Assembly (NCBI GenBank): GCA_021734025.1
Contig: JAIPJS010000005.1
Span: forward strand, 2,112-66,111
Direction: 5' to 3'
From: Fidelibacterota bacterium
GTDB taxonomy: Bacteria > Fidelibacterota > JAANXI01
Length of the DNA stretch: 64,000 nt
Numbering within the stretch: position 1 is the first letter of the stretch; every line of letters starts with the position of its first letter. The position numbers and the translations under genes were made by a program. Positions 47,814 through 58,945 of the stretch are shown one piece after another. Under the pieces are notes generated by a model. It ran no database searches, had not been told where the DNA came from, and saw only the letters and a list, made by a program, of their open reading frames with translations.

Positions 47814-48233
47814 TTACAACTCCTCCTCGTTCATTTTTAAATATTGACCGATAGAAAACGCAATTTCAGGAAATGCGTCGAGTACTTGTTGGTCCTCCGT
47901 GACCAGGGGCGCCCCGACATCTTTGGCCAGAGACACAAATTCGCAATCGTAGGCGGAGCAATCCGAATGACTTGCGAGTTGCAGTATCGATGCGGTGTCA
48001 ACACTATATTCCAGTCCATGGAATCTGTTTTGCGCCAGCTCGAATATCTCCAGCGATTGGTTCAAATCGAGAATTTCTTTCCGGATATACATTGTCAGAA
48101 TACTGCGAAACTCGCTCCGCCAGAGTATCGGCACGCCCCATTCGTGATCCAACCGGTGTAAGGCTTGTGCGCTTTCGGTTTTGACAGAATGCAGGTAAAA
48201 ATAGGCGATAACATTCGTGTCGACAACGATCAT
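47814..48233 (-). CDS. vapC: VapC-family PIN toxin
   Basis: IVVDTNV, SAYDCEFVSLA and LVTED. Confidence 0.9.
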   Translation of the reverse strand: MIVVDTNVIAYFYLHSVKTESAQALHRLDHEWGVPILWRSEFRSILTMYIRKEILDLNQSLEIFELAQNRFHGLEYSVDTASILQLASHSDCSAYDCEFVSLAKDVGAPLVTEDQQVLDAFPEIAFSIGQYLKMNEEEL

Positions 48234-48472
48234 GGGCGGCCGTGTGCTTTAGCATCGGCAATTTCTTTTGGGGTCAGGGTGTGAGACTCCGTTCGTTGCC
48301 GAAATTTTTGCGCGCTTTCCAGATGTTCCTCGGGATCGAACGGCCGTGCTTCCACAGCCTGTGATAAGCAATGAATGATCTCTTTATTTACGCTGCGTCG
48401 ATGGGATTTGGCATGATCCCGGATCTTCTCGTACAGGTCATCAGGAATATTTTTTACCGTGATATTTTTCAT
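48230..48472 (-). CDS. Ribbon-helix-helix (FitA/Arc-like) antitoxin
   Basis: ITVKNIPDDLYEKI...HRRSVNKEI; ATGA overlap with the toxin; upstream palindrome GGTTTCAT-T-ATGGAACC (48498-48514). Confidence 0.88.
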   Translation of the reverse strand: MKNITVKNIPDDLYEKIRDHAKSHRRSVNKEIIHCLSQAVEARPFDPEEHLESAQKFRQRTESHTLTPKEIADAKAHGRP

Positions 48473-48914
48473 GAAGAAAGGCCCTCACCTTTATGCCGGT
48501 TTCATTATGGAACCAATTTGGAAATTTTTAGGGTGAGTGTCAAGAATTCAGTGGGGTACTGTTACTGCGGTTGAGGGCCCAGAGCCATCAGTCTCCGGTC
48601 AAAGATAGTGAGATGTGATTCGCCGCAGGTGAATTCAGATGTGAAAAACGCATTACGCACTGCGTATTACGTTTTGACAATGTTGTGGTTTGAAAGTTGT
48701 GAGAACTGGTTGGTAGTCCCCTCTTTAGAGGGCCATTCTGTTGGTTGTTAGTGGTTTGTAGTTCGTTGACCTGAGAAGAAAATGCTACTTGTATAAGTTT
48801 CCATTGATCTTTACGGCTCGATATTTTTTCACAACAAACAACGAACCACGAACAACTAACATTTTTTCCGGTTTCAGGATTTCCCCCTATACCTTATACC
48901 CTATTCCCCCATAC

Positions 48915-49889
48915 CTATCCGTTTAAAAGTCTCGCCGCCTCCTGAGCAAAGTACGTCAAAATCAAATCCGCCCCGGCGCGCTTGATGGACGTCAGAGTTT
49001 CCAGCATTACCTTGTCCCCGTCCACCCAGCCGTTCTGTGCTGCGGCTTTAATCATGGCAAATTCACCGCTGACATTGTAAGCCGCTGTCGGCATTGCGAA
49101 GGTATCCTTTACTTGTCGGATGATGTCCAGATACGGAAGCGCCGGCTTCACCATCACAATGTCTGCGCCTTCCCGGATGTCCAGTTCCACTTCGCGGAGT
49201 GCTTCATCGGCATTTGGCGGATCCATCTGGTAGGACCGGCGGTCGCCAAACTGCGGCGGTGATTCCGCGGCATCCCGGAACGGACCGTAATAATTCGAGG
49301 CAAACTTGGCAGAATATGCCATCACTGGAATGTCGTCGAAGCCATTCTCATCCAGCGCTTCGCGGATGTAGCCGATACGTCCGTCCATCATATCCGACGG
49401 CGCGACCATGTCGGCGCCGGCTTCGGCGTGGCTCAGCGCCTCTTTGGCGAGCAGCTCCAGTGTGGGATCGTTGGCGACATCCTGGTTCTCGATGACGCCG
49501 CAGTGCCCGTGATCCGTGTACTCGCACATGCAGACGTCGGTGATGAGGTAGAGTTCCGGCACTGCTTCCTTGATCTCCCGGAGCGCCCGCTGGACGATAC
49601 CATCTTTGGCATATGCTTCTGAGCCGATTTCGTCTTTTTCCTCCGGAATACCAAAGAGGATAATCGCCGGGACACCAAGATCGAAAGTTTCCTGGCTGAC
49701 CTTCACAGCTTCATCGATAGACAGTTGATATTGCCCCGGCATACTGGGGATTTCGTTCTTTATGCCTTCGCCTGGACGGACAAAGATCGGATAGATAAAA
49801 TCGTCCGGTGAAATGTGAGTTTCTCTGAACATCCGGCGGATGGTTTCGTTTTTGCGTAAGCGGCGCATGCGGGTGATTGGGAAATTCAT
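48915..49889 (-). CDS. hemB: Porphobilinogen synthase
   Basis: [14 protein letters not shown] zinc site, [16 protein letters not shown] and MVKPA. Confidence 0.98.
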   Translation of the reverse strand: MNFPITRMRRLRKNETIRRMFRETHISPDDFIYPIFVRPGEGIKNEIPSMPGQYQLSIDEAVKVSQETFDLGVPAIILFGIPEEKDEIGSEAYAKDGIVQRALREIKEAVPELYLITDVCMCEYTDHGHCGVIENQDVANDPTLELLAKEALSHAEAGADMVAPSDMMDGRIGYIREALDENGFDDIPVMAYSAKFASNYYGPFRDAAESPPQFGDRRSYQMDPPNADEALREVELDIREGADIVMVKPALPYLDIIRQVKDTFAMPTAAYNVSGEFAMIKAAAQNGWVDGDKVMLETLTSIKRAGADLILTYFAQEAARLLNG

Positions 49890-50104
49890 AAAAACCTCAA
49901 AAGTGTTAGTGTGTTATGGTGTTCATGTGTTCAAGTTAAAAAAGCGTGTTAATGTGTTACCGTACCGTGTTATAGTTAAAGCCGGTCGGACGCCCAGTGT
50001 CCACAGTCACTTCACGTGTTGGTAGTTCCCGCTTTAGCGGGTATTTGTTCGTTTTTCGTAGTTTGTGATTCGTTGTATTCTTTTATTTTCGGTGTCTTTC
50101 CGTT

Positions 50105-51544
50105 TTATTTAATCTGTTTTTCTTTTCTCTGCGTCTCTGCGGTGGAATCCGTTTTTGTTTTCAGGTACTCATAAATTGCTTCCGCGCGCGGTTCAGAGTG
50201 CTTAATACAGTCCGCCACACTGATGCCGCCCCGATGATTCCCGGTGATGAACAGGCCGGGATGGTTCTCCTCGAAGGTCTCCATCCGGGCTTCGCGTTCC
50301 AGGTGCCCCAGCGTGTATTGGGGAATGGCCTTTGGCCAGCGGCGGATAAAGAGTTTTTCCGGTCGTGCTTCGACACCCATAAGAATGGCAAAATCTTCAC
50401 GCATCTGCTGCAAAAGTTCTTCGTCGGATAGCTCTAACTTCTCTGGTTGTCGTCTGCCGCCGACGAATGTGGTGAAGGAGACTTTGCCCTCCGGCGCCCG
50501 GTTCTCGAAGACCGTCGTGGACCAAATAGTGCCAAGGATATTCATTTCCTCCTTCTCCGGAATCAGGTAGCCGAATCCGTCCAAATCAATGGGCACGTCT
50601 TTCTTGTCAAAGGCGCTGTACATCATAATTGCCTTGGCATACGGAATAGCGTCCAGCGCGGCAGCGGTCTCGTTATCCAGATCCCGGATAAACTCCGACG
50701 CCACATACGCAGGTACCGCAAACAGTACAGAATCCGCACTTACTTCACGCGATTCACCATCTTTGGAATAGGTAACTTGCCATTCATCGTCACCTGATGC
50801 AACGCTTTGCACTTCAACGCCCGTTTCGATGGAATCCGCCAGTTCACTTCCCAGCGATTCGGTGAGCGTTCCGAGTCCGTTCCGGAAGGAGAACATCTGG
50901 GCGCTCTGTTTGGACTCCTCGCCCTCTTCCAGCCGCTTTTTTCGCTCACGGCGTCCTTTAATGACGCCCTTGAAGATTCCGCCGTAATTCTCCTCCAATG
51001 CAGCCAGCTTCGGGAACGCAGCTTTCACCGACAGTTCTTTGGGATCGCCGGCGAACACGCCTGCCACGAACGGATTGATAGCGTAATCCAGAAATTCCGG
51101 GCCCAGGCGACGGCTCACAAATTCGGCCACGGTCTCCTCTTTATCCTCCGGTGCTTTGCCAATGAACAGTTCGAGAGGCACTCGCCACTTGGCCTTCCGG
51201 CTGAACAGTTTTGTCTTAAAAAATTTCAGCGGAGCCATAGGCAACGGATGCAACTCTTTGTCCCGTACGATGTAGCGGTTGTTGGCTTCGTCGTTGGCGT
51301 AGATCATCTGATCTTCCAGTCCCAGCGATTCCACCAGCTTTCCGATCACCGGATTCGTCTCCATCCCGCTGTTCGGCCCGTGCTCGATGATAAATCCGTC
51401 TTCCCGCGTGGTCTGGATAGAACCGCCGATCCGGTCGGCCTTCTCCAGGATTTGTACCGAATGTCCCTGTTGTTTCAGCCAATAGGCCGCAGATAGTCCC
51501 GATACTCCGGCTCCGATGACAACGACGTCCACGTGTTCATTCAT
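50105..51544 (-). CDS. hemY: HemY-type FAD-dependent (proto/copro)porphyrinogen oxidase
   Basis: VIGAGVSGL, EHGPNS, GVFAGDP, GFGYL and AIPQY. Confidence 0.93.
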   Translation of the reverse strand: MNEHVDVVVIGAGVSGLSAAYWLKQQGHSVQILEKADRIGGSIQTTREDGFIIEHGPNSGMETNPVIGKLVESLGLEDQMIYANDEANNRYIVRDKELHPLPMAPLKFFKTKLFSRKAKWRVPLELFIGKAPEDKEETVAEFVSRRLGPEFLDYAINPFVAGVFAGDPKELSVKAAFPKLAALEENYGGIFKGVIKGRRERKKRLEEGEESKQSAQMFSFRNGLGTLTESLGSELADSIETGVEVQSVASGDDEWQVTYSKDGESREVSADSVLFAVPAYVASEFIRDLDNETAAALDAIPYAKAIMMYSAFDKKDVPIDLDGFGYLIPEKEEMNILGTIWSTTVFENRAPEGKVSFTTFVGGRRQPEKLELSDEELLQQMREDFAILMGVEARPEKLFIRRWPKAIPQYTLGHLEREARMETFEENHPGLFITGNHRGGISVADCIKHSEPRAEAIYEYLKTKTDSTAETQRKEKQIK

Positions 51545-52560
51545 TTTTCGATCTCCTCAAGTACCCGTTGTGCAAGCGCGTCGATAAATTCCGGGGAGTC
51601 ATTCAGCGCCGGCATCACGTGGTAGTGTTCTATCCCGGCATCTTCAGCAATCTCACGATCCTGAATATTCAGTTCGTGCAGCGTCTCCAGATGATCACTG
51701 ACAAACGCCACCGGCACCACCAACAGATGCTTGACTCCTTCTTCACCCAATTGCTCTAACTTATCTATGGTCGAGGGCTGTAGCCACTTCTGCGGACCGA
51801 CCTTGCTTTGATAGCTGATATGGTGTGGATAATCTGTGGATAACCCGTCCATTACGTGTTTGACAGTGGTTTCGATGTGATCTTGGTAGGGATCACCGGA
51901 TTTGATTACCTTTAACGGCACACCGTGCGCGGAAAAGAGCAAATGCAGCGGCTCATCCGTCTCGCAACACCCGTCGATAGTGCGTTCCACTTGGTTGACC
52001 ATGGCATCGATATATGGCTGATAGTCGGGATACGCACGAATCGCATCGCTGGGTAAATCGGACAGTTTTGTGCCATTTGTCACACGTTCCCACTCCTTGA
52101 AGCTGCTGCCGGAAGTGGTTTTGGAGTAGTGTGGATAAAGTGGGAGTAAAACAAGGCGATCCACATCGGCGGCTTTCACTTGCTCAGCTGTTTCTTCGGT
52201 CAGCGGGTGCCAGTAGCGCATGGCAACGAAGGCGTGGTAATCCCGCCCCGGATCGCGCTTACGGAGTTCGTCCCGGAGCAACTCCGCCTGCTTGTTGGTG
52301 ATCTCCCGGATTGGCGAAGGGCCGCCCATTTCGCGGTACAGCTCCTCCACCTCCTCGCTCCGTCGGCTACTGATAAACTTCGCCAGCGGCTTCCTGAGCA
52401 GAAAACCGAGCGGTATATCAATGATATCCGGGTCGTTGAACAGGTTGTTCAGGAAGGGTTCGACGGCGGCGTAACTATCCGGCCCGCCGAGCTGGAAAAG
52501 TACAACACCGACTGATTCTTTTTTTTGTGTGTCTGGGGATTTATGAGTTTTGGGTTCCAT
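51541..52560 (-). CDS. hemH: Ferrochelatase
   Basis: QLGGP, AMRYWHP, LFSAHGVP, YQSKVGP and FVSDHLETL. Confidence 0.97.
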   Translation of the reverse strand: MEPKTHKSPDTQKKESVGVVLFQLGGPDSYAAVEPFLNNLFNDPDIIDIPLGFLLRKPLAKFISSRRSEEVEELYREMGGPSPIREITNKQAELLRDELRKRDPGRDYHAFVAMRYWHPLTEETAEQVKAADVDRLVLLPLYPHYSKTTSGSSFKEWERVTNGTKLSDLPSDAIRAYPDYQPYIDAMVNQVERTIDGCCETDEPLHLLFSAHGVPLKVIKSGDPYQDHIETTVKHVMDGLSTDYPHHISYQSKVGPQKWLQPSTIDKLEQLGEEGVKHLLVVPVAFVSDHLETLHELNIQDREIAEDAGIEHYHVMPALNDSPEFIDALAQRVLEEIEK

Positions 52561-52583
52561 GCAGCCCTTTAGCTAATAACGAC

Positions 52584-53182
52584 GTGTTATTGTGTTATAG
52601 TGTTAGCGTGTTATAGTTCTGCGTTTCCTTAACATTTATATAGTGTCAGGGTCAATGAAATTTTCAGGGATCGAGTAAGAGGCGTTAAGAGTTCCTTCAA
52701 CTGAGTATTCAGATTCGGGTTCTTTAACACTGCCCCCCGGTCTGTCGTAATTTTTAAGATATCGTACCAAACCGAAAATTAATTTCCGGACATTATTAGT
52801 CGATACCGAAATAATTGAAAACTGCTCCTTGGTGATGTAATTTTGGTCCAATGCGATATATAATTGACTCTTCAACTCTGAAGCAGAGCTTTGTGCAATG
52901 TCAAGAAAACGAACGAACTCTTTTTTGTGATATCTCCCAAATCCCTCGGCAATATTCGACATTATTGAGATTGCAGCGCGTCTTGTTTGATTTTTCAACT
53001 CAAAGTCCCGACTGAAATCACCGTCATTTGAAATGGAATATATTTCATTAACTAATTCCCGCGATTTCTGCCAACAAATCAGTTCCTCAAAATCCTGAAT
53101 CTTAGGCATTTTATTATCCTAACCTCGACTTTGTGCTCCGGTTTTTAACTATAACACAGTAACACAATAACACTTTAACACT
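52584..53182. repeat. Inverted octamer tandem-repeat arms flanking the four-helix-bundle gene
   Basis: GTGTTA(T/G)N x4 at 52584-52616 and complementary TAACAC-type units x4 at 53147-53182. Confidence 0.8.
52636..53109 (-). CDS. Four helix bundle protein (23S rRNA intervening-sequence protein family)
   Basis: FEELICWQKS, QTRRAAISIMSNIAEGF and FLDIAQSSASEL; more AT-rich than the flanking hem genes. Confidence 0.93.
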   Translation of the reverse strand: MPKIQDFEELICWQKSRELVNEIYSISNDGDFSRDFELKNQTRRAAISIMSNIAEGFGRYHKKEFVRFLDIAQSSASELKSQLYIALDQNYITKEQFSIISVSTNNVRKLIFGLVRYLKNYDRPGGSVKEPESEYSVEGTLNASYSIPENFIDPDTI

Positions 53183-53186
53183 ACCG

Positions 53187-54590
53187 TCACACTGTACGCG
53201 AATACGTCGGCGTCTCCTCTTCCTTCTCCCGTTTGAGATACGAATCAAACGTCATCGCGATATTGCGGATGAGCAGGCGACCAAGTGGTTTGACCTTAAT
53301 GACATCTCCCTGGTATTCCACGAGATCGTCGGCGATGAATGGCTCGAGCTCGGGCAGATTAGCGGCAAAATAATCACCGAAATCGATGCCATATGCTTTC
53401 TCTACTTCACTGGGATGGAGTTCGAAGTCGCACATCAGCCGGGTGATGACCCAGCGGCGAATCTGATCGTCCCGGTTGAGTTCGTAACCCTTGAATACCG
53501 GCAGGCGACCCTCGGAAATCCGCTGGTAATAGGCGGAGTTCTCCTTAACGTTCTGCGCGTAAACGTCCTGCGTCTGGCTGATGCTGGTCATGCCGAGCGC
53601 GTAGAGATCAAGCCCGGCTCTGGTTGAGTAGCCCTGGAAATTCCGGTAAAGTTTTCGTTCCTGCTGGGCAAGGGTGAGTTCGTCGTCCGGTTTTGCAAAG
53701 TGATCCATACCGATAAAGACGTAGCCGGCATCGGTGAACTTGTCGATAGCCATTTTGATTATCTGGAGTTTGGTCTCCGCAGTGGGGAGCCAATCCTTCT
53801 TGAAATAATTCTGGTGCGGCTTCAGCCACGGAACGTGCGCGTAATTGAACAGCGCAATCCGCTCGGGGCTGATATCGATGATAGAATCCACCGTCCGCTC
53901 GAAGCGTTCCGGCGTCTGGTGCGGTAGTCCATAGATGAGATCGATGTTCAAGCTCTGGTAGCCAAGTTCCCTCAACGAATTGAAGTGCCGGCGGGTCAAC
54001 TCTTCCGGCTGAATGCGGTGGACGGTCTTCTGTACCAGCGGATCGAAGTCCTGTACGCCCATGCTGGCGCGGTTGAATCCCATCTCCCGGAGCGCCTGGA
54101 GCCTGTCGTAGGTCAACTCCCTGGGATCGATCTCCACTCCAGCCTCGATATCATCGGAAAATTCGAAGCGTTCACGAATGTACCCCATAATATCGCGGAT
54201 CTGATCCGCGGTGAGATACGTCGGCGTTCCGCCGCCCCACTGGAACTGCCGGACTTTCCGGGTGCGATTCTCCGGCAGATACGACGCCAGCATATCGATC
54301 TCTTTCTTCAGATATTCGATATATTCGTCGATCTTCGCCGGCGTTCTTGTGATAATCACATTGCATCCACAATAGAGACAGAGCGAATCGCAGAACGGGA
54401 AGTGGAAATAGAGCGACAGATCCGGCGCGTCCTTCCTGGCGTTTGATTCCCGCAACTCCTCATCCCACGACTCCTCGTCGAATCCCTCGTGAAAGTGCGG
54501 CGCAGTGGGATAGCTGGTGTATCGCGGGCCGGGTTTGTCGTACTTCTTCAGTAAATCTATATCGACGATGACGTCTTGGTTGACACTCAT
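53187..54590 (-). CDS. hemN: Oxygen-independent coproporphyrinogen III oxidase (radical SAM)
   Basis: PGPRYTSYPTA, HFPFCDSLCLYCGC, GGGTP, IGMDHF and RNFQGYST. Confidence 0.97.
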   Translation of the reverse strand: MSVNQDVIVDIDLLKKYDKPGPRYTSYPTAPHFHEGFDEESWDEELRESNARKDAPDLSLYFHFPFCDSLCLYCGCNVIITRTPAKIDEYIEYLKKEIDMLASYLPENRTRKVRQFQWGGGTPTYLTADQIRDIMGYIRERFEFSDDIEAGVEIDPRELTYDRLQALREMGFNRASMGVQDFDPLVQKTVHRIQPEELTRRHFNSLRELGYQSLNIDLIYGLPHQTPERFERTVDSIIDISPERIALFNYAHVPWLKPHQNYFKKDWLPTAETKLQIIKMAIDKFTDAGYVFIGMDHFAKPDDELTLAQQERKLYRNFQGYSTRAGLDLYALGMTSISQTQDVYAQNVKENSAYYQRISEGRLPVFKGYELNRDDQIRRWVITRLMCDFELHPSEVEKAYGIDFGDYFAANLPELEPFIADDLVEYQGDVIKVKPLGRLLIRNIAMTFDSYLKREKEEETPTYSRTV

Positions 54591-54740
54591 TTTATAAACT
54601 CCACTTTTACCGCTGAGAACACAGAAGAAATATATTTGTAGCCACCAAGACTCAAAGACACTAAGAACAGATTTATACTATTTTTAGCCATATTTTTGTC
54701 TTTCTCTGCGATCTTTGCGTTCTCTGCGGTGAAATTTTTT

Positions 54741-55781
54741 CTATTTGTAGTTTTTCACTGCATCCACAAACGTCCTCGCGTTTTCCACCGGTACATTGGG
54801 CGTTATACCGTGGCCCAGGTTGACGATGTGCCCCGGGCCATCGCCGTAGGAATCCAGCATTTTCCGGGTTTCGGTTTCGATGGTCGCCGGATCGGTGAGC
54901 AGAATCGCGGGATCGAGATTGCCCTGCAGCGCAACTTTGTCACCGACCTCTTCTCTGGCATCTCCGAGGTCTATCATCCAGTCCAGACTGAGTACGTCGG
55001 CACCAGTTGCTGCCAGAGATGGTAGATGTGTCCGGGCTCCCTTGCTGAAGACCGTCACCGGCGTCTCCGGGTGGCGTGCTTTTATTCCCTCGACAATAGT
55101 TGTAACAGGTTCAAGCGCGAATTCCTTAAATGCGGCCGGAGTTAAAATTCCGCCCCATGAATCGAAGATCTGCACGATGTCCGCCCCGGCCTGTATTTGC
55201 ATGTCGAGGTATTCGATGGTTTCGACCACCAGTTTGTCCAACATGGATTTCAGTAGTTCCGGTTGGGAGTAGAGCAGCTTTTTCACCACCTTGAAATGCT
55301 TGGACGAACCGCCTTCAACCATGTACGTCGCCAGCGTCCAAGGGGCTCCGGTAAAACCGATAACCGGTACCCGTCCATCGAGTTGACGGACTGTTTCCTC
55401 AATGGCTTTGCCTACGTATTCCAACTCCGGAAGAATTCCGCTACGGAGATCATCAACATTCTTATCGTTCCGTACCGGATTATGAAAGACCGGACCGCGA
55501 CCGGAGACGAACTCCAGATCCAGTCCCATGGCTTCGGGAATCGTAAGGATATCGGAAAAAATAATCGCCGCATCCACACCAACGATATCCACCGGCTGGA
55601 TGGTTACCTCCGCCGCCAGTTCCGGCGTTTTGCACATGGTCAGAAAATCTGCCTTTTCCCGGACTGCCCGGTACTCCGGCAGATACCGCCCAGCCTGGCG
55701 CATCATCCAGACTGGACGACGTTCGGTTTGTTCTCGTTTTGCGGCTTGTAAAATTAAATCGTTCTGTAAGTTTTTTGACAT
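54741..55781 (-). CDS. hemE: Uroporphyrinogen decarboxylase
   Basis: PVWMMRQAGRYLPEY, FSDIL, QIFDSW and NLGHG. Confidence 0.98.
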   Translation of the reverse strand: MSKNLQNDLILQAAKREQTERRPVWMMRQAGRYLPEYRAVREKADFLTMCKTPELAAEVTIQPVDIVGVDAAIIFSDILTIPEAMGLDLEFVSGRGPVFHNPVRNDKNVDDLRSGILPELEYVGKAIEETVRQLDGRVPVIGFTGAPWTLATYMVEGGSSKHFKVVKKLLYSQPELLKSMLDKLVVETIEYLDMQIQAGADIVQIFDSWGGILTPAAFKEFALEPVTTIVEGIKARHPETPVTVFSKGARTHLPSLAATGADVLSLDWMIDLGDAREEVGDKVALQGNLDPAILLTDPATIETETRKMLDSYGDGPGHIVNLGHGITPNVPVENARTFVDAVKNYK

Positions 55782-55896
55782 TTAAAAACCGTGTTATAGT
55801 GTTAGCGTGTTACTGTGTTTTAGTTGTTGAAGTCTTTTCCATCTTCATTCATACTTCTTGGCGCTTTTGCGAGAATCTTTCAGTGTATTTCGGTGT

Positions 55897-56715
55897 TTAA
55901 AGAGTTTTTCTCCGTGACCTCTGCGTCTCAGCGGTAAATTTTTTATGTTTCGAAATTTCTTCCAGCATGTGCTCAACCGTATATTCCTCCGGAACGACCG
56001 CAACCTCAACTCCCGCCGACTCGATTGCTTCTGCCGTGATCGGCCCAATGGCGGCAATTATGGATTGGTTGATGAGTTCGCCCGGTGATTCAGCGGTTTC
56101 CGCCAACAATTCATAGAAATTTTCGAAGGTCGACGGACTGGTAAAGGTCAGATAGTCAACAGAGCCGTCTCTGAGCAGGGGGATCAACCCAGAGGCGGCT
56201 TCTGAATCCGGTGATACGTTGCGGTATGCTTCCAGCCTGGTAACTTCAGCACCGTGCGACTTCAGCCCTTCTTCCAGCGTCCTCCGCCCTTTATTTCCGG
56301 TTACCTGCAAAAAGCGCTTTCCATCGATATTCTTCTTCGCGAAGTATTCGAGCAATCCCTCTGCAGAGAAGTCCTCCGGAACGACATCAACTTCGATAGT
56401 GCTCTCTCGAAGCGCCTCGGCGGTTTTGCTTCCCACGGCGGCGATATTGGATTGTTTCAACCGGGATAATTCCGAAATGTTAGAGAGTCGAACAGTCAAA
56501 TGCTTTACACCGTTGGCACTTGAGAAAATTATCCAGTCATACTCTTCCAGAGTTTTGATAGCAGCATCAACCTCGTCCCAGATCTCCGGCGGCTCGATAG
56601 CGATTGTCGGAAAAATCACTGGCTCTCCGTCCATTTCCCGGATCAACTCAGCCATCTCAGAAGCTTTGGGCTGAGGCCTGGTCACCAATATGGTTGCTCC
56701 ATCCAGATTATTCAT
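55897..56715 (-). CDS. hemD: Uroporphyrinogen-III synthase
   Basis: ILVTRP, FSSANGV, AVGSKT, FTSPST and AIGPIT. Confidence 0.95.
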   Translation of the reverse strand: MNNLDGATILVTRPQPKASEMAELIREMDGEPVIFPTIAIEPPEIWDEVDAAIKTLEEYDWIIFSSANGVKHLTVRLSNISELSRLKQSNIAAVGSKTAEALRESTIEVDVVPEDFSAEGLLEYFAKKNIDGKRFLQVTGNKGRRTLEEGLKSHGAEVTRLEAYRNVSPDSEAASGLIPLLRDGSVDYLTFTSPSTFENFYELLAETAESPGELINQSIIAAIGPITAEAIESAGVEVAVVPEEYTVEHMLEEISKHKKFTAETQRSRRKTL

Positions 56716-57655
56716 TCGGTTCCAGCGCCTCGCGGACTTCCAGCAAGATTTCTTCGGCTCCGTCCTTCAGCAGCTGGTTGGCCAGTTGGATACCCAGCGA
56801 TGTGGCATCGTCCGGCGACCCGGAAATTTCACCGCGCACAGACTTGCTGCCGTCAAGTGCGCCTACGTAGCCTTGCAGGTTCACCTCACCGCCAATCACT
56901 TCGCCGTATGCACCGATGGGCACCTGGCAGCCGCCTTCCAGCTTCCGTAAAAATCCCCGTTCCGCGCGGGTACCGGCTTCGGTATCCGCGTCATTAATTG
57001 GCGCAACTATCGCTTTAATCTGGAAATCGTCGGAACGGGTTTCAATACCCAGCGCACCCTGTCCCACCGCCGGCAACATAATATCCTGGCTGATGGTCTC
57101 GGTGGCTTCGTCTTCCATCTCCAAACGGACCAAACCGGCTTTTGCCAGCACCATCCCGTGCCAGTCTGAGTCTTTCAGTTTCTGGATACGCGTTGGCACG
57201 TTACCGCGGATGTCATGAATAATGAAATCCGAGCGGTAATTCAGAAGTTGTGATTGCCGGCGCAAACTTCCGGTGGCGATGTGAGCGCCTTCCGGTAAAT
57301 CCGCCAGCAGAGTACCGCCTTTGGAAACAAGTACATCGCCGGGATCTTCGCGTTCGGAGATGGCAGAAATTGTGAGTCCCTCCGGTAAAACCGTTGGTAA
57401 ATCTTTTAAACTGTGGACGGCGAGATCGACAGTGCCGTCCAGCAGACGATCTTCCAGCGCTTTGGTGAACAGTCCCTTGCCGCCGATTTTTGAAAGCGCC
57501 GTATCAAGGATTTTATCTCCCTCGGTCTGAACAATCTGGATTTCTATGGAAAGTTCCGGGTGATGCTCTTCCAACTGGCTTTTCACCCAATTCGACTGCC
57601 AGAGCGCCAGATCGCTGCCCCGGCTGCCGATGATTAATGTATTATTATTACTCAT
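56708..57655 (-). CDS. hemC: Hydroxymethylbilane synthase
   Basis: GSRGSDLALWQ, KGLFTK, VHSLKD, RGNV and GGCQVP. Confidence 0.98.
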   Translation of the reverse strand: MSNNNTLIIGSRGSDLALWQSNWVKSQLEEHHPELSIEIQIVQTEGDKILDTALSKIGGKGLFTKALEDRLLDGTVDLAVHSLKDLPTVLPEGLTISAISEREDPGDVLVSKGGTLLADLPEGAHIATGSLRRQSQLLNYRSDFIIHDIRGNVPTRIQKLKDSDWHGMVLAKAGLVRLEMEDEATETISQDIMLPAVGQGALGIETRSDDFQIKAIVAPINDADTEAGTRAERGFLRKLEGGCQVPIGAYGEVIGGEVNLQGYVGALDGSKSVRGEISGSPDDATSLGIQLANQLLKDGAEEILLEVREALEPNE

Positions 57656-58928
57656 GCATTGTTTCCTTCAGGTCGAAGAGTTCGTAAGCCGCTTCAATTC
57701 GTTTCAATTCACCGTTGCCGTTCTGTGCTGCTTCCCGGAGTTGCATCATCGGAGTATGCAGAAATTTTTTCATCAGGATTGAAGTCAGCTTGTCCAGATC
57801 CTCCCACTCGTCCTCATCAAAATATTTGCGCGCCTTTTCCAGCTCCTCCTGCCGGAGCTGTTCGAACTTTTTGTGCAGAGAGGCGATCACCGGCTTTACA
57901 TCCAGGGTTTTTATCCAGTCCGTAAACGAGGCAACTTCCTCATCCACGATTTTCTCTGCGACTGGAATTTCCTCTTTCCGTAGATCCAGATTTTTATTCA
58001 CGATGGTATTCAGGTCGTCGATATCGTTGAGAAACACGTTATCCAGCTTGTTCAATGCGGGATCGATATCTCTGGGAACTGCAATATCTATGAGAAATAG
58101 CGGTCTGTGGTTTCGTTTGGACATTACCTTCTTCACCATCTCTGCGGAAACCGTAAAGTCCGGCGAATTGGTGGCAGAAATGACGATATCCACCTCGCCG
58201 ATCTTCTCGCCATAGGAATCAAACGGCAGCGCGTATCCACCAAGTTCTTCGGCGACTTTTTCCGCTTTCTCAAATGTACGATTGGTAATGTAGAGCGTTT
58301 TGATATCCCGGGATTTAATATGCCTGGCCGTTAATTCACCGGTTTCCCCGGCCCCAATCAGTAACGCCGTACGTTTTGACAGGTCGCTGAAAATCTTGTT
58401 TGACAGTTCCACCACCGCCGAACTCACGGAGACTGCCCCAGCGCCGAGCTCTGTCTCATTTCTTACGCGCTTACCGACATGAAAGGCCGAGTGAAACAGT
58501 GTATTTAAAATGGTACCGGTGGTTTCCATATCCGAGGCCATCCGAAATGCGTCTTTCACTTGTCCAAGGATTTGCGGCTCCCCCAGTACCTGGGAATCCA
58601 AACCGGATGCAACTCTGAAAAGATGTTTGACCGCATCGGCTTTTTTCTTCACATATGTAATTTCCGGGTTCGACCAGATCTCGATATTCCCGGAGATATT
58701 CAGTAGTGTCCGCAGGCACATCAGGTAGTGCGGGTTAGATGGCCCAACGATATACCACTCAGTCCGATTACACGTGGACAGTCCCACCACCTCTGAAAAA
58801 TGCCCGGTCGCTTTTATGGCATGCAGAATGGAAGACATCCTGTCAGGCGACACCGCAGCACATTCCCGCTGATCCACCGAGGCGGATTTATGATTCAGGC
58901 CGAGAACGTATATTTCAAACGCTTTCAT
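57648..58928 (-). CDS. hemA: Glutamyl-tRNA reductase
   Basis: Start reassigned to MKAFEIYV. STCNRTE, GLDSQVLGEPQI, IGAGE and DIAVPRD. Confidence 0.97.
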   Translation of the reverse strand: MKAFEIYVLGLNHKSASVDQRECAAVSPDRMSSILHAIKATGHFSEVVGLSTCNRTEWYIVGPSNPHYLMCLRTLLNISGNIEIWSNPEITYVKKKADAVKHLFRVASGLDSQVLGEPQILGQVKDAFRMASDMETTGTILNTLFHSAFHVGKRVRNETELGAGAVSVSSAVVELSNKIFSDLSKRTALLIGAGETGELTARHIKSRDIKTLYITNRTFEKAEKVAEELGGYALPFDSYGEKIGEVDIVISATNSPDFTVSAEMVKKVMSKRNHRPLFLIDIAVPRDIDPALNKLDNVFLNDIDDLNTIVNKNLDLRKEEIPVAEKIVDEEVASFTDWIKTLDVKPVIASLHKKFEQLRQEELEKARKYFDEDEWEDLDKLTSILMKKFLHTPMMQLREAAQNGNGELKRIEAAYELFDLKETMHE

Positions 58929-58945
58929 GGTTCTTCCTGATTTAC

